From Podarcis melisellensis (lineage: Eukaryota), in the NCBI GenBank assembly GCA_964234715.1, contig OZ174292.1: 64,000 bases of DNA; one strand, 5' to 3'. Of this stretch, positions 13,171-26,608 are shown in pieces. Numbering within the stretch: position 1 is the stretch's first letter; every line of letters starts with the position of its first letter. A program made the position numbers and the translations under genes. The notes beneath the pieces are model-generated. The model was not told the origin of the DNA. It was given only the letters and a program-made list of their open reading frames with translations, and ran no database searches.

Positions 13171-14337
13171 CCACTGGAAGAACCAGAAATTATAAAGTAT
13201 CCTTAACGGTACTTAATTACCATGTTATGAGCTCCCATATATGGAGGGACCCCACGGGGCATAATGAAACAGGGACCTGTTTCTCTTCCTCCCTCGTGGT
13301 GTTGTATGGGCACAACACACCAGGCTGTTATTGGAAATGGCATGTCACACTCATATCACCACCCAACATTCTTCCCTCCACTCAAGTCAAGGAACATGTT
13401 CATTCTTCTATTTTGGACACACAGATCATCTTCAGGGTAAGCTTTATGAAACTATTTGGGAAAAGTGAGGCTAAAGCATTATTTAGAAACGGGTGTAAGG
13501 AAGAAATGAAGGGCTTAGCCTATAATCTTCTAGAGAACTTCTGAAGCTAAGAGGGTTCAGACCTGTTTGATGATAGTCAACTAGAAAGCCCATCCGTACT
13601 ACTCTGAACTTTCAAAGAAAAGAGCAGAAGTAGTATTTCATATTTAAGAGCAGGAGGGTTAAAAAGAGTTCTAAATTTCCACAACAGAATTCTCAGTTCA
13701 TCCACGTCAAATTCACTCTGCTAGGATTTGTGTTTCAGACTACAACAACAACCACCACGTTCCTCCAAATCCACTGCAACACACAAGAGCAGATGACAAA
13801 ATAGTGATCAGAACAATTATCATGGGAATACACTGTGCTGGAAAAAAGAAAATAACAGAATGTCCGCATTCGGGGGGAGGGGATATCTAAGTACACTGGA
13901 TTAGATCCAAAGAACAAAGCAGAAGGAGAAAATGTATTGGTGCTCTGGCAGTGTAGAACCATATCAGACACCACGAGACACAGAGAATAAGGAAGATATA
14001 GGCTGTGGCAACTTAAGCCTAGTGGGCTGTTAAAAGGTATGAATAAAGGGCTTGTGCCACTCTGCACAAGAGCCTGAACACATGGAAAAACTTATCTGTA
14101 TTCAGGGTCACATTTTCCCATTCGGTATCCTTCCATTAGGCTAGAACTACTGTGAGTATACGGGGCATTCTAATACCGGAAGGGTACTTTTGGTTCTAAG
14201 CCATTGAATGAAAACAAATGTACACTAAAACTAGACCCCCAAAATATTAAATCACTACTTTTTATAAATTGTATTGGTCTGAGGTTATTGATACCTCCAT
14301 TCTAGTCTGGGAGGTGTTTCCAAAAAGTGCCAGATCA

Positions 14338-14484
14338 AAAGAGCCTGCTTGAGTCAGTGGCCCATTCTGTTCTCCTAGTGGCCAACCAGCTGCCTATGGG
14401 AAGCCCCCAAACAGGATCTGAGCACAACATTCTCCCCACTTTTAATTCCCAGCAACTGGCATTCAGAGGCATATTGCTTCCAAC
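14338..14484 (-). mobile_element. Degenerate CR1-like 3' fragment
   Basis: Resembles reptilian CR1 3' sequence (aagagcctgct..ctgttctc..gtggccaaccag..cccagcaactggcattcagagg), recognised from memory. Confidence 0.5.
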
Positions 14485-14673
14485 CATATGAGCCAACTCC
14501 TAGGGGCCGGGGTCCCTTCACCCACCCATTAAAATATTTGAGGGGGCCAGGCCCCCAAAGTTAATGAGCACTGCCATGCAAATGGGGTGTGTGAACCGTG
14601 TCTTGTGATTGATTATGTGGGGTGAGGCTTACCTAGGTCTCCCCCAATATTTTATTCAAGTTGGCAGCCCTGT
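14485..14673. mobile_element. Probable hAT-like MITE inserted in a CR1-like fragment
   Basis: Imperfect TIRs ..gccaact / agttggcagccctg; similar flanks cttccaac / tcttcaac. Confidence 0.45.
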
Positions 14674-15772
14674 CTTCAACACAGGAGGTAGAAATGAATG
14701 ACAAAACTCCAAATACTTTAGTTATTTCAGTGCTGAAATAAATGGGACCTACTCCCAAATAAATGGCAAGGAAGAGACGTTGCACTATCCTAGAAAGCAT
14801 GCACTTGCCAGAAAATTGTGTGTGTGTGTGTTAGTCTCCACACAGAGGATTTTTTGGGCTCTTCAGAAATGGAAATTCTGATCTAGACAATTTTAGATTC
14901 TTCCCCAGCATGTGAGCCTGATGTAGATTCCAATAACCCAAGTGATGGACACCTCTATGCAAACACCATGCAGAAGTTTAAGATCGTAACAGGGCAGGTG
15001 TCAAGAATGACAACCAACATTTTCAGATTTGCATGAATTTTGCCTGTATAGTTTAAAAGCTATGTTGCGTTCAGGTCTTGCTTGCAAACTTCCTGCTGAT
15101 CCCTGGTTGGCTACTGTGAGAATAGGATGCTGGACAAGACCATTGATCCAAAAGGCTGTTCTTTTGTTAAATACAGTAATGGCACAATAAACAGAAACTG
15201 CCCACAAAAATCATCTTGGAGCAATCAGAACTTCCCATATTTATGAAAAAAACCAAGAGGCATCACACTTCCTACAACCAGACCTCCCACATTCTTGAGT
15301 ATATCTAGCATATTTTAGACTACTCCTGCAGACATCATCTCCATAGCATTGCTGTTAATATATTAAGTAGGTTCTGGTGTAGATAATTTAGCTGAGAAAG
15401 CTAAAAGATTGGATTCACACACAGTATCTTCTCAGTTCCTCCCCAGGACAATTTCTCCCCATTTGACTTAATTGTAGTTAAGAATACTTCAGCACTAACA
15501 TAAACGAACCTTGGTTATAAAATTTATATACAGGCTGTGCACAATCATGCACACATGTTAGTCCTGACATTCCAGCACACTCTAGTGTGACTAAGTAACA
15601 GAACACAAGACAGAGAAGACAGGAGACTTTCTTTTTAATTGATTGGCTCAAAAGGCTCAGGGAGCACTCCTCTGGTCCCCGTGCAAAGGTGAAAATTTGA
15701 ACCAGGAATTTCCTAATTCTGTTCTCAGTCTCTTATTCACTATACTTAACTAGAACTCGAGCTAGTTAGGCA

Positions 15773-15997
15773 CAGTGGTACCTCGGGTTACATACGCTTC
15801 AGGTTACAGACTCCGCTAACCCAGAAATAGTGCTTCAAGTTAAGAACTTTGCTTCAGGATGAGAACAGAAATCATGCTCCGGCGGTGTGGCAGCAGCAGG
15901 AGGCCCCATTAGCTAAAGTGGTGCTTCAGGTGAAGAACAGTTTCAGGTTAAGTACGGACCTCCAGAACAAATTAGTACGTAACCTGAGGTACCACTG
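15773..15997 (+). mobile_element. MITE family A
   Basis: TIRs cagtggtacctc / gaggtaccactg; right flank TA, left flank CA; highly similar to 44028-44261 and 41348-41727. Confidence 0.92.
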
Positions 15998-16609
15998 TAC
16001 ATGCAAGATCCTGTCATAATTAGAATTCATACCTGTATCCATGGTGACCAAGTCCCCACTCCCAAGCTTGTACAACAAATTCAAAAATGAAAATTCCATT
16101 TTTAAAGTAATTTTAAAGATGTATATAATTATTTAAAAATGTATTGACATTCCACTGAATGTCAGCAATTCTTCGTGAATTTTATGACATTCATTTTTCA
16201 TGGGAAAATGTTTACAAATGAAAACAAGGCAAAACATAATTCCACATCCTGAATAGTCAGGTATTGTTAAGAAAGAACAAAATTTGCTTAAAGTTTCAAA
16301 GAAATGCTCAAATGCAATCAACACAGAAAGAATACAAAGAAGAATACAGACCTTACCTGGCAACGCTGCCAGATTTCATTTTTACATTCTATTTTTATTA
16401 CTTTATCATCAATCCAAACATTATGAAGATACAGAAAATATTAATTGTACATAGAAATCTGTGTGTCCACAGAAATACCGCCTACTGGACACAGTTCTAT
16501 AAGTGGGAGTTTAGGTGGTTGCCCCAACAAATTGTGAAATGCACAAGAGGTTCTGAAGAGATAAAAAGGGAAATAAATATGGGGTAGCTTTGGTTAACTG
16601 TGTACTCAC

Positions 16610-16780
16610 GTCTGCATAATGGCCTCTCATATCACAGCGGTTACAATGTTTTTTCCAGTACGTTCTCTCAAGGCACTCTCTCGAGTAGTGTCCAGGCAAA
16701 CAACAATTTAAACAAAAACGTGCAGGACAGCTGTTTTGTTGGTGACCTCTTTCGGAACACAGACAACAAGGTGGAATTTT
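16610..16780 (-). CDS. ZCCHC7: ZCCHC7 internal coding exon (171 nt) with knuckles 2, 3 and most of 4
   Basis: tttctcccacag|AAA ATT CCA...TAT GCA GAC|gtgagt. [57 protein letters not shown], lying inside track ORF 16511..16825. Phase 0/0. Confidence 0.96.
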
Positions 16781-16924
16781 CTGTGGGAGAAATACAAAGA
16801 CAGGAAATTCAAATGTCTGAAGCATCTGTAGAATTTAAATTAAGTAAAATGCACAAGGAAGCTATGGCAAAATCACACTGAGAACCAGAATGAACCATTA
16901 TCACTTTGCTTAAGGCTTCCTACC

Positions 16925-17540
16925 TACATGATTTATTTAAATTTATAGTATGCCATCCTGTGATAGGTGCCTGAGGTAGCTAACAGCAATATATAAACAC
17001 AACATAGAAGGAAACAATCATTAAAAGCCATAAATAAAGCCAAAAGCAGATAAACAAGAAATAAATTTAAAACAGCAATAAATGAGAAATTATAAACCGA
17101 AACCCAAATTGTCTTAGCAGGCCAATATATCTACATTTATCCATCTCCGTGTGAATACTTTTGTCTGTCAATGGAAGCTCAATTCCCTGTGAACCAAGGT
17201 GCTGCCACCGAGAAGGCCCTTTCTCATATCTCTGCCAAACACACCTCAGAAGCTGGTGGAACATAGAAAACTGGTTTCTCTCGAACACATTAAGATTCAG
17301 ACAGGCTCATATATGAGAAAATGGTATTTTATATAACCCAGTCCCATTTAGGGCTTTTAAAGGTCACAACCAGCCCTTTGAATTGTGCACCAAAATATAC
17401 CAGTAGCTAGTGAAACTCTTGGGGGGGGGGGCATTCTCACAATAACTGGCCCTGTCAAAAATTTGATTGCAGTATTATGTGGTACCAATGCTTCACCCAA
17501 TTTGCCACCTTAAACGTTCAGGGCACACTGCCCACACAAT
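16925..17540 (-). mobile_element. Degenerate L2 LINE 3' fragment
   Basis: Minus strand has decayed L2 ORF2-end motifs (FKGLVVTFKS; KGLLGGST.V.. resembling RAFSVAAP.LWN) and an L2-like tail. Boundaries approximate. Confidence 0.55.
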
Positions 17541-19149
17541 GTTGCTTATAAAACTCTAAAGCACCTGAAAATAAAATCAAAAGACATACATGCAGTATAT
17601 ACCTTCAACCACAAAAGTTGTTGATTTTTAAAGTGCAGCACAATACAGCCAAATACAGACAGAAATAAGTCACTGTTGTTGTTTTTAAAAGATCAGCAGC
17701 AGTGATGTGACTCTGAATATCTTCCTGGGAAGGATGTTTCAAATGTTGGGGCCACCACTGAGAAAGCCCTGTCTATAGTACCTGCTTGGGCAGGCTGACA
17801 AAGGCTAATCTATGTTTTAGCAAATGATTTTTCAAAGTTGGTTTTGAATTTTGGTGTTTTCCTTATGACTTATAAGGCAATGAACCAGAGCGGCACGTGC
17901 TGCATCTTCAGTTTCTCAAAAGAAATAAAAAATGTTGTGTGCCATTAACACCAGCCAAGGTATCAAAGCCTGTTTCAAATGAGCCTGGCATTTACTGAAG
18001 TCATCAAGCCAGGACTTGCTCAATATCTGCCCACCTTCAGAGGTTAGGCAGCTAGGTACCAGAGACTGATGTTTTATGTGGTAGCACTCTGACAGCGGAA
18101 TAGCAGCCACTCCAAAAAAACCAATCTCTTTTTTCATTTTTACACCATGTTAAAATAGTTTCAGTCTGAAAGGGCCTTGATTGACAAACAAACTTGGGGG
18201 TAATTCTTTTTTTATGCTTGTTAGCTTCTTATTAGTTTTAGTGTGTTTTTATTTCTTTAATCAGAATTATATATATTAGTCACCTTGTGATAAATGTGAT
18301 ACATGCATGCTTATTTTATATAAACAAATGTTTCCTAGCATTTTCAGAAAGTTTTCACAGAACTTCAGACACCTGTTACATGTTCATTGTCTAGAAAGTG
18401 AAGCAATGATTATGAACACCAAGCGGCAGATAACTTTCCAGAGAAGCTCCTCCCTGCTATTGCTCTTGATGGAAGTTCAGAAAAAGACAACCAGTCCTGG
18501 TATTTCCATGTGTGAACAACAGTTAACCAAGAAGGAAAGAAATAGTGCCTTCTCAGCAGGTTTAGATTCCAGTAATTATTCCCATTTCCAAGGTCTCTGG
18601 TTAATGGGTTAGTTACCCCCTTACCCATGCCCACAGTATAACTGGTTTTCCTGGTGGCTGGTATTTTAAAAATCTTTTTCTCCCTTCATTCCTACTTCTC
18701 TGGTGCCTCCACCGATCCTGTTGAATCTGTAGCCACAGTGCAATGATCTCTGTGCAAGCTCTCTATATGATGTGATTGTCTTAATGTTTGATAGACAAAT
18801 TTTCAACTTTCCCTAAATTTTTTGCCCCCTTTTAACAAAATACACCAATTTTAACCTTATTGTTTCTACTTCAACTATTTTAACAACTCTCCACAAACCT
18901 GGATCATCACGAAAACACACACACGCACACACACACTGCAGCCAATAAAATACAAAGACTATAAAGAAATATAAAACTAGCTCACAAATTGATGAAGATT
19001 TATCTAACTTATGGTGAATCCACCAGTCTTGTGAGACCTGTCCTCAGTCACTGTCTCTCTCCCCAATTCCAGGTTAATTGTTGCATTAGTGCGGTGGAAT
19101 CTGTGGGGCTGCTCCAGAAGATAATGTAGGAATCAGCTTTTGATTGAAA

Positions 19150-19655
19150 CAGGTAGAGCAGATGACATCACCAGCCCTTTACCAACTGGCCAACAATTTG
19201 TTTCTGGGTTCAACTTAAGGTGCCGATTTTGACCTTTAAATCCCTAAACAGCTTGAACCAGAAAATAATTGATTCCCCTTATGCGAGCCTGCTGAAGCAT
19301 CTGGTTCCACTTCAGAGGCCCTTCTCTGGGGCCCCCCACGACAGGAGGTGTGGCAGGTGGACATTAGAGATAAGGCCTTTGCAGCTGTGGTACCCCAAAT
19401 CTGAAACTCACCTCTAAGAGAGGTGTGTCTGGCCTCATTGATGCTCATCAAAAAGCAAGCAGCAAACGGTTTCATTTCAGAAGGATTTTCAGAGACTCTG
19501 CATTTAGCAAGAATGTTTGCTGGTGGTTTAAAATGGTTGCTGGGGTTTTTTTTTTTTAACTTACAGTTTTTATGGTGGCCTTAATGATTGTGAGATACAT
19601 TGATTATTTTAACAGAAAGGTCAGGTAAAAATACTAGAAATAAATAAATAAAACA
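19150..19655 (+). mobile_element. Degenerate L2 LINE 3' fragment
   Basis: KVPILTFKSLNSL ... KAFAAVVPQI* motifs, ending in an (aaat)n tail at ~19638-19652. Confidence 0.65.
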
Positions 19656-20572
19656 CTGGAAAGCTGATTGCACAAAGCTTCCGGTTCTGTGTTTGCTGAG
19701 CTGAAACTGACCAGACAATCAGCACTGCCATCAGCCAAAGGTGGACAGAGAATGGTAGATACTTTTAAAAAGATTTCTATCCGGTGACTTCACTTCCTAA
19801 TTCGGCCAACATGGAACTTGTCTAATGGGGAATGGGCCATGGGAACACTTTGTGTTCAAACTGATGATCCATTTAATGCAAACGAGAGCAAATATATGTA
19901 CTAAAATATGAACTGCTGAAACTTTCTGAATTATCGCCGTTCATTGTCCCATCACATGCATATGGCATGATCCAATCTATTGTGAGCTCCATACCTGCAT
20001 GCAGAAAGATGATCTGCCTCCCTCCCCCACCCCACCCCCCATCTAGATGTCCATACAGACAGCACAAGGGGGTAATGGGAAACCTATGAGGATTTTCTGC
20101 AAGTTGCTTGTGCAGAGCTAGCATGGTAGGTGGATATGGGAAACATCCACCAATGTGGCACGAGGGAGAAACCAATTTGCAATGAGCATCTGGGAATCCT
20201 CTGCATGGGGAGCATGCCCATAGTTTACTGCTAAATTCAGAGGCGGGGAGACACTGTCCTCGAACTATTTCTTCTGCCAGCCCTCCCGCCAAGTAAATTT
20301 CTCTCACATAAGGGCAGCATGCCTTTTGAAACCACCACCCCCCCCAAGTACAGGGTGCAAACTTCAAAAGAGTCCGCAACTGTTGATTCCTGGGACAAAA
20401 CTGTCTTCTCAACTGTCGTGCGCGGAGGGAGGGAAACGATCATCTCCTCCTTCCCCCTCTCAAAATGTCCCTTCAGGACAATTATTTCTTACCAGAGCTT
20501 TAAAAGTCTGAAAGCTGTCAACTGACAGAATAAATTGCTCTCTTCCTAGACAAATCAGAATACTGTATTTAC

Positions 20573-20695
20573 CTTTGGGGTAGGACAATTTTTTGATAAG
20601 TGACCTCGTTTATCACAATTTCTGCAAGTGACATTTTTGTCTGGCGTGTAGTATCTGTTGTTGTGCCGCACTGTAACATAGTTGCCAATCCGTGC
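20573..20695 (-). CDS. ZCCHC7: ZCCHC7 internal coding exon (123 nt) with CCHC knuckle 1
   Basis: ttttcatttctttag|GCA CGG ATT...CCT ACC CCA AAG|gtaaat. Translates [41 protein letters not shown] with a CX2CX4HX4C motif; [15 protein letters not shown] matches recalled human ZCCHC7. Phase 0/0. The ORF track shows only a wrong frame here. Confidence 0.95.
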
Positions 20696-21259
20696 CTAAA
20701 GAAATGAAAAGAAAATTCATTAGAAGTTTGCAGCTTATTGCCTTGCCATTCTAGACTTTTGTAGCTATTAAGGCTAGTAGGTGGAGTCAAAAATCCAGCT
20801 CTGCATTTGTATACTTGTTTAAACAAAAGTCATCTAAATCCCTGGTAAGCCTTTTACCCACTGGTAATTGTATAAGCTCCCTTCAAAAAAAAGAAAGAAA
20901 GGGGAAAAAGCATTTTTAGAAGTTGGTATGTCTCTTTTTCCCATAGTTAAGCCAACCTTTGTCAGCATTAGTTCACAATAAAGAATTCTGCAAAATGCAT
21001 CAAAAATAATTGCAAAAACAACTTGCCATGAATAAATTCATGGGATAGATAATCTCTTGAAGCACTTTTATTCTATGCGTGAATAGGTAGATAAAAAAGC
21101 AACGAGAAAACATAGATGAAACAGCGAAAAAAAACAACCCCCAAAAAACCTTGACCTCACACATATTCTATAAATTCTTAGGTATGTGAATATGAAAAAG
21201 AGAAAATGGAATATTAAGGGGGGGGAGAACTTGGAATAAGAGACTCTCAAAGCCTTCTC

Positions 21260-21780
21260 TTTCTTAATATTGCTGTTTTCCAAAGACCATCTGTGAAATG
21301 ATTTTGCAGTGAGACACGGTCATTTCCTTATTTATTTGGCTGAATACAGTGTAGTCAATGGCAGTAATGGGCACCTACTGTCTTTCTAATACTGAAGACT
21401 ACAGTTGATAGTGACCATGTTATTCAATTAGAGGAGCACATTCTGCACCAGCTATTTGTGGATAAAGCTAAAGGTCAAGTAAACGTGTGCACAGATGTAA
21501 AAGGCAGCCGCTGCGAGAGCTGATACACAAGAGTCTAAGAGCAAGAACTGTAGAATATCAAAAACATAAGGAAGTATAATAGAGAGCAATCTCTGGAAAA
21601 GCAGTTGTTTGGGATAAAATTGCATAATTCTACTTTGACAGTTTTCTTTTCATAAAATCCCACTTGCCACAATTTTTCTGACTTTGGAATACTTAGCATT
21701 TTGCAGCAGTGACCAAGCCAAAAATGGTGACCAGCCACACAAGTAGAATATTTTCAATGATATTCAGTCCAGTTTTCCTT
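21260..21780. promoter_or_regulatory. Candidate conserved non-coding element between coding exons
   Basis: Repeat-free complex sequence with an AAAGGTCA nuclear-receptor half-site and GTAAAC forkhead-like site at ~21470-21485. Confidence 0.35.
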
Positions 21781-22165
21781 TCTTTTCCATTTGTATCTGC
21801 ATGTTTGATGTTCCTTGTATTTTGTCTTCATTTTAAAAATTAATAAAGTATCTTTTAAAAAATGACAAAAACTGATGCAAACACCAAATTGTTCACTGCC
21901 TCAACAATACATTAGTGAGCAATCTTTGGGTTCAGTCAGTTGAGAATCTATAGTTTATATGACCATGGCCAAACCACTTTTCTATATATTCACTAACTAC
22001 TTTCGAGAATCAGGTTCTTCAGAGCCAAATTAGTAAGGTATGTGGCAGAAAAACAGAAGCAATCATTAGAAAATTTGAGCTCTGCATCTCGTTCCAGTAC
22101 AATTAAAAGTCAAATTTGAGAAAGCAAACTTGAAATTACATGTTAATTAGTTTTATCTAACCCTT

Positions 22166-22766
22166 TGATGCTGTAGCAAAAAAGGCTAATGCTATTCTAG
22201 GCTGCATCAATAGAAGTATGGTGTCAAAGGAATCAAGGGAAGGAATAGTCTTTATCTCTACTGCCTTGATTAGACCACACCTGGAATACTGTTTCCAGTT
22301 CTGGGCAGCACAGTTGAAGAAGGATATTGACAAATCAGAATGTGTACAGAGAAGGGCAACCAAGATGATCAAGAGTCTGGAAATCAAGCCTTTCAGGAAT
22401 GTTTGCATATGTTTAGCTTGGAGATGCGAAGACTGAGAGGAGATAGGATAACCATCTTCAAATATCTAAAGGGCTATCACATGTAAAATGGAACAAGCTT
22501 GTTTGCTCCTTCTCTGGAGGATAGGACCTGAATCAATTCCTTCAAGTTACAAGATATATAATTCTGACTAACGTTCTGACGTTAAACAGGTCTTTTACAG
22601 TAGGATGGACTACCTTGGAAGGTAGTGGACTCAGCTTCCTTGGAGGGCTTTAAGCAGAGGTTGGGTGGCCATCTGTCATGTACGATCTAGCTGAGATTCC
22701 TGCATTGCAGCGGTTGCACTAGATGACCCTCAGGGTGTCTTCTGACTCTACAATTCTATGATTCTA
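22166..22766 (+). mobile_element. 5'-truncated CR1 LINE 3' end
   Basis: ORF2 C-terminal remnants (KKANAILGCINRS; ALIRPHLEYCFQFWA; ECVQRRATKMIKSLE) and the CR1 tail attctatgattcta. Confidence 0.92.
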
Positions 22767-24399
22767 AAAATAACATCTAAACGGAAGGGCTTATTCATAC
22801 TGCAAACTTCTTCTAAAACATACTTCACTACACTGAGTAGTCTTCCTAAAATTTGGAAGGCAGTTTGTAACACCAAATTAGCTCAGCTCATAATGCTACG
22901 CCATAATCCAACCCACAAATTCTTCTCCAGCTCAGACAATAATTCAAGCTGGGTAACTCCCTCCTGTCTTGGTCTCCATCCACTACCCTCTTCCTGGTAA
23001 CATCAAACATGATTAGAAATGACCTTTGAAAGGCCTCCCTCTCTGGTGTTAGGATCCCTTGGAAATGTTATTTCTCAAGGACATCACAGTTGCAGCTGGG
23101 AATAAGGGGGAGGATGGTTAGTGTTCTGGGACTCTCGGGGAAGGGAAGGTATTTTAAGCTCCCAATGGCATCTTCAACTGTCAGAGAAAAGCAAAAGGGG
23201 TTTTTTTTGGGGGGGGGAAGGGGGTGACAAAATTGGCTCAGGCCCAATTATGAACCAAGTCAGGCATTAGTCTGAAGTACTTATGAGCAAAACATTTTTT
23301 ACATTTGGAAATTCAAATACTGCTGCTAATGGAGTTGTGCAAAAGAAAAAATGTGTTGGCTTGCTAAGCTTCTGTAAGCAAAGAAAATGGTTCCTTGCAT
23401 TGTTTCTAATTCTATACCAACCTTTATGGAAAGGTTGGCTACGATGTGACTCTAGTGATGTAGCTCCCACTTGGCCACTGGCATGCTGGCTGGGGTTGAT
23501 GGGACCTGCTGCATGTGGCATGTTTCTGCTTGGTCTGTGCTAGCTGATCATGGGTGGTGGTGATGTTTTACAGATGACCCAGTGTTTAGCTTGGGGGCTG
23601 AACAATTACTTATGAATCTATTCATTGCGTGTGCGAGAGCACACACACACACGCGTAATGAGGATATATGTTTGGGAAAAGTTTAGAAGTATTAGCTTTC
23701 TTCAGGACCACCAAGAACCATAAGCTATGATAGCAGGGAGTTTAGTTAGATCAGGGCAACTTTCAATGAAGAGGGAAGATCAATATACTTTTTCTCCCTA
23801 TACAAATTTGACAGCTAACTCACAGAAAGCCACTTCAACTCCATTTGAGGTGAGGAGGCTGTTTTGTACCAAACCATCCCACTCTATATAATTCTTTATT
23901 AAGTTTTTAGTTTGTATGTTTCTTGGTTGTTTCATGTTTCCAGTTATTATGAGGATACATAAATTTATCACTGTAAACGTACCCATACATAGCTGTACTT
24001 TTCCAAAATACACTTTCTTGATTTACTGTATATTCTATAGTCAGTGAAAGGTATTATGAAATGGAATAAATGTTCACTTGAATGCCAAATCTTGATTAAA
24101 AATAAAATAACTATATCCACTGACTAGCATTATCTTTTTTTTCCCCTCCTGTAATAATTGGTTGATGGCTATTGTGCTACAAATTATCATGGGAAATTGA
24201 AATTTTATTTCTTAAAAAATGTAATGAAAACAACACAATTTATAAGACAATACACACTGCATTTGTAAAAGCAACACATCTACACGCATTAGACTATTTT
24301 AGTATGTCTTATACAGAGGGATTTGGAGAGGCACCCACACAGAGTATGTTGGTCAGTCACAAGAACAGCCAAAGAATATGCAACATTTTATCAATTTAC

Positions 24400-24443
24400 C
24401 TCTACGTCTTTATCACTGATGTTCCAGTCTGCTCCACCTACTC
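24400..24443 (-). CDS. ZCCHC7: ZCCHC7 internal coding exon (44 nt; equivalent to human exon 3 as recalled)
   Basis: Minus strand reads tctttttcag|GA GTA GGT GGA GCA GAC TGG AAC ATC AGT GAT AAA GAC GTA GAG|gtaaat. Peptide VGGADWNISDKDVE resembles human ZCCHC7 NWSISDKDIE (from memory). Canonical AG/GT; ends in phase 0 and joins the next exon in frame. Not in the ORF track. Confidence 0.9.
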
Positions 24444-26384
24444 CTGAAAAAGATATTTTAAAAACCATTAAAACTGATTTTCAAAACTATGTCTAATTTC
24501 TCATTTAAAAGTTGTAAATCTTATTTTTAAAAGGCTGAAAAAAATGAACTTCAGTAGTGACATGCCCAAACTTTTAGTTTATACTTTTACCCACCTTGGT
24601 GCTTGATCATATCAGGATCAGGATCTGCAACAATCTACCATGTGTAAATGGTGTGAAAATTGCAGTTTTTCCCCAATATGAGCATATTTGTTTTCTAAGG
24701 AACCCTGGGGCTCTTTGGAAGCTACTGGAGATTTTCTAATAAAAAGAGCAGTAATAGTAGACAAAGTCAACTGAAACAGTTTCCCTACCACTACAGTCAT
24801 CTTCTGCAATGTGTAGCTTCAAGGGAGAAGAGGCTCAGTTCGTGTGGGACAAGGGGAAGGCCAACAGATTTTGAGGTGTATTTATTTATTTTATTTCCAC
24901 ACGAGCTGCTTCATGAGTTTTATCTTTGGAGTGATTTGGGCTGATCAACACTTTTATTTTTTATTTTAACTATTGTTGTTAAGTAGCCTTGAATATTTTA
25001 ACAGGTGAGTTATAATTATACACACAGGTCCAGCCAGCACATCACATGAACAGTGCCGACTCTAGATAATAATATCCAGTAATATGGAAAATTTGAAACT
25101 GACTGCTGCAGCATATGCTCATTAATGCTGTAGTGATTGCTATTTCCTGCATGACTTGTACATTTTCATTTTACTGGTGAAAGACTGATAAAAACACAGT
25201 TTGCTGTTTCTCCTTTTTTGCCCCATCTATGGACTGCCAATATCTTTATTTGTCCCAAACTTGCTTCTTCCCTCATTTACTATTTCATGGTTAGAATTTA
25301 TAAGAACATCTAATATTATTATCAGGAAACTTTTGTTAAAAAAGAAGTATCTGCTTGATACTTCAAATAGCCACCAATAACGAATAAATACCTTTTGTCC
25401 CACAAAGTTTTACAAATAACCACACAGTGGTTTACAGTGGTAATTTTTGCTAGGTCTAATGCTTTTTAAAGAGAAGAGTTCACCTGCTTTACCCAAGTTC
25501 TTAATGTAGAAGTTGTAAATGGTATTACCCACAAAGAAATAGATGCCAAATCTTGTGTTGCTCCCAGATCCACTATTTGCTCATTTAAACAAATAACCAA
25601 TGTAATTGTTACAGGGGCCCATCTCTAGTTTTTTCCCTTGTGAACCAACAATTTCACTGCACAAGAATCCACTATCTACTAGACAATGAGAAAAATATTT
25701 GCCCAATGACTTTTCAATCTGTTTAAAGAATTCTTGAATATCCTGTCCTATAATACCGAATATACTGAGCACAATTTTTCTTAGTGCATCTAATTACCAC
25801 ACCAATCTCAAAATTTGATCCATTGTGCCCTGGACAGATGTATGTGACAACAGTCTTCAGACACAGCTCCAAAGCCCTATTAGTGAGCAACATCCAGTAT
25901 CTGACTGGCTCATTAAACTACATTTTCAATGGCCAACTGATGTCGGGAAAGGGAGAAATAAGAAATGCCTAATTCTCTGCATGCAATCCATCTCTGATTA
26001 TCTGGTTCCTGACAGCACAATTCCCTGGTTCCTGATAGCGAATTAATTCCTTAGTTTCTCTCTACTTGCAGTTGAGTTGGTATCAATCACACTATCTTTC
26101 CTTTCAGCTCCCATAAAGGCTTTCAGTTCAAGCCTAAACTTACAGATGTTTCATCAATTGGATCAGATTTTTTTCTGAAGCATATCTATGTATATCATGT
26201 CTACCAAAGGGCAATTAATACCATATTGCTGCAGTGAGCCATAAGCAAATTTTTTTTACAGTATGTGAATGTTGTATTTTTAGGATACAATTTTATGATA
26301 GTAATATAGCAAAGTAGAGGTGACCCCTTGTGTCAATACATATACATTATACGCCTTATTTTTTAAATAAGATTTTATTAAAAG

Positions 26385-26408
26385 AGAAAGAAAGAAAGAA
26401 AGAAAGAA
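26385..26408. repeat. (AAAG)n microsatellite
   Basis: Directly visible. Confidence 0.9.
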
Positions 26409-26608
26409 CAGAGTCCTCTCTCAAAAGCAGCTCTTAACCCCTGTCATCTACAGAAAGTGGTGGATCTCAATAATGGCCCAGAGCAGAGGACGCCAAAGTA
26501 GAAAAGGGGAAAAAGAAAGAGCCTCCATCTGGACCACAGAAGTGGCCCACTCAACTTTTACCAGTGTGTTCTGCAGTGCGTGCAGCTGCAGCCAAACTCG
26601 GGATAAGA

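Noticed and set aside
19873-20412. 179-aa minus-strand ORF
   Set aside because: No domain similarity, crosses poly-G tracts and repeat-like sequence, no exon boundaries consistent with ZCCHC7.
20569-20826. 85-aa ORF over the 123-nt exon
   Set aside because: Wrong frame; the real frame encodes the CCHC knuckle.
21995-22030. Hammerhead-like core on the minus strand (CTGAAGA...CGAAA)
   Set aside because: No stem II or flanking stems can be formed.
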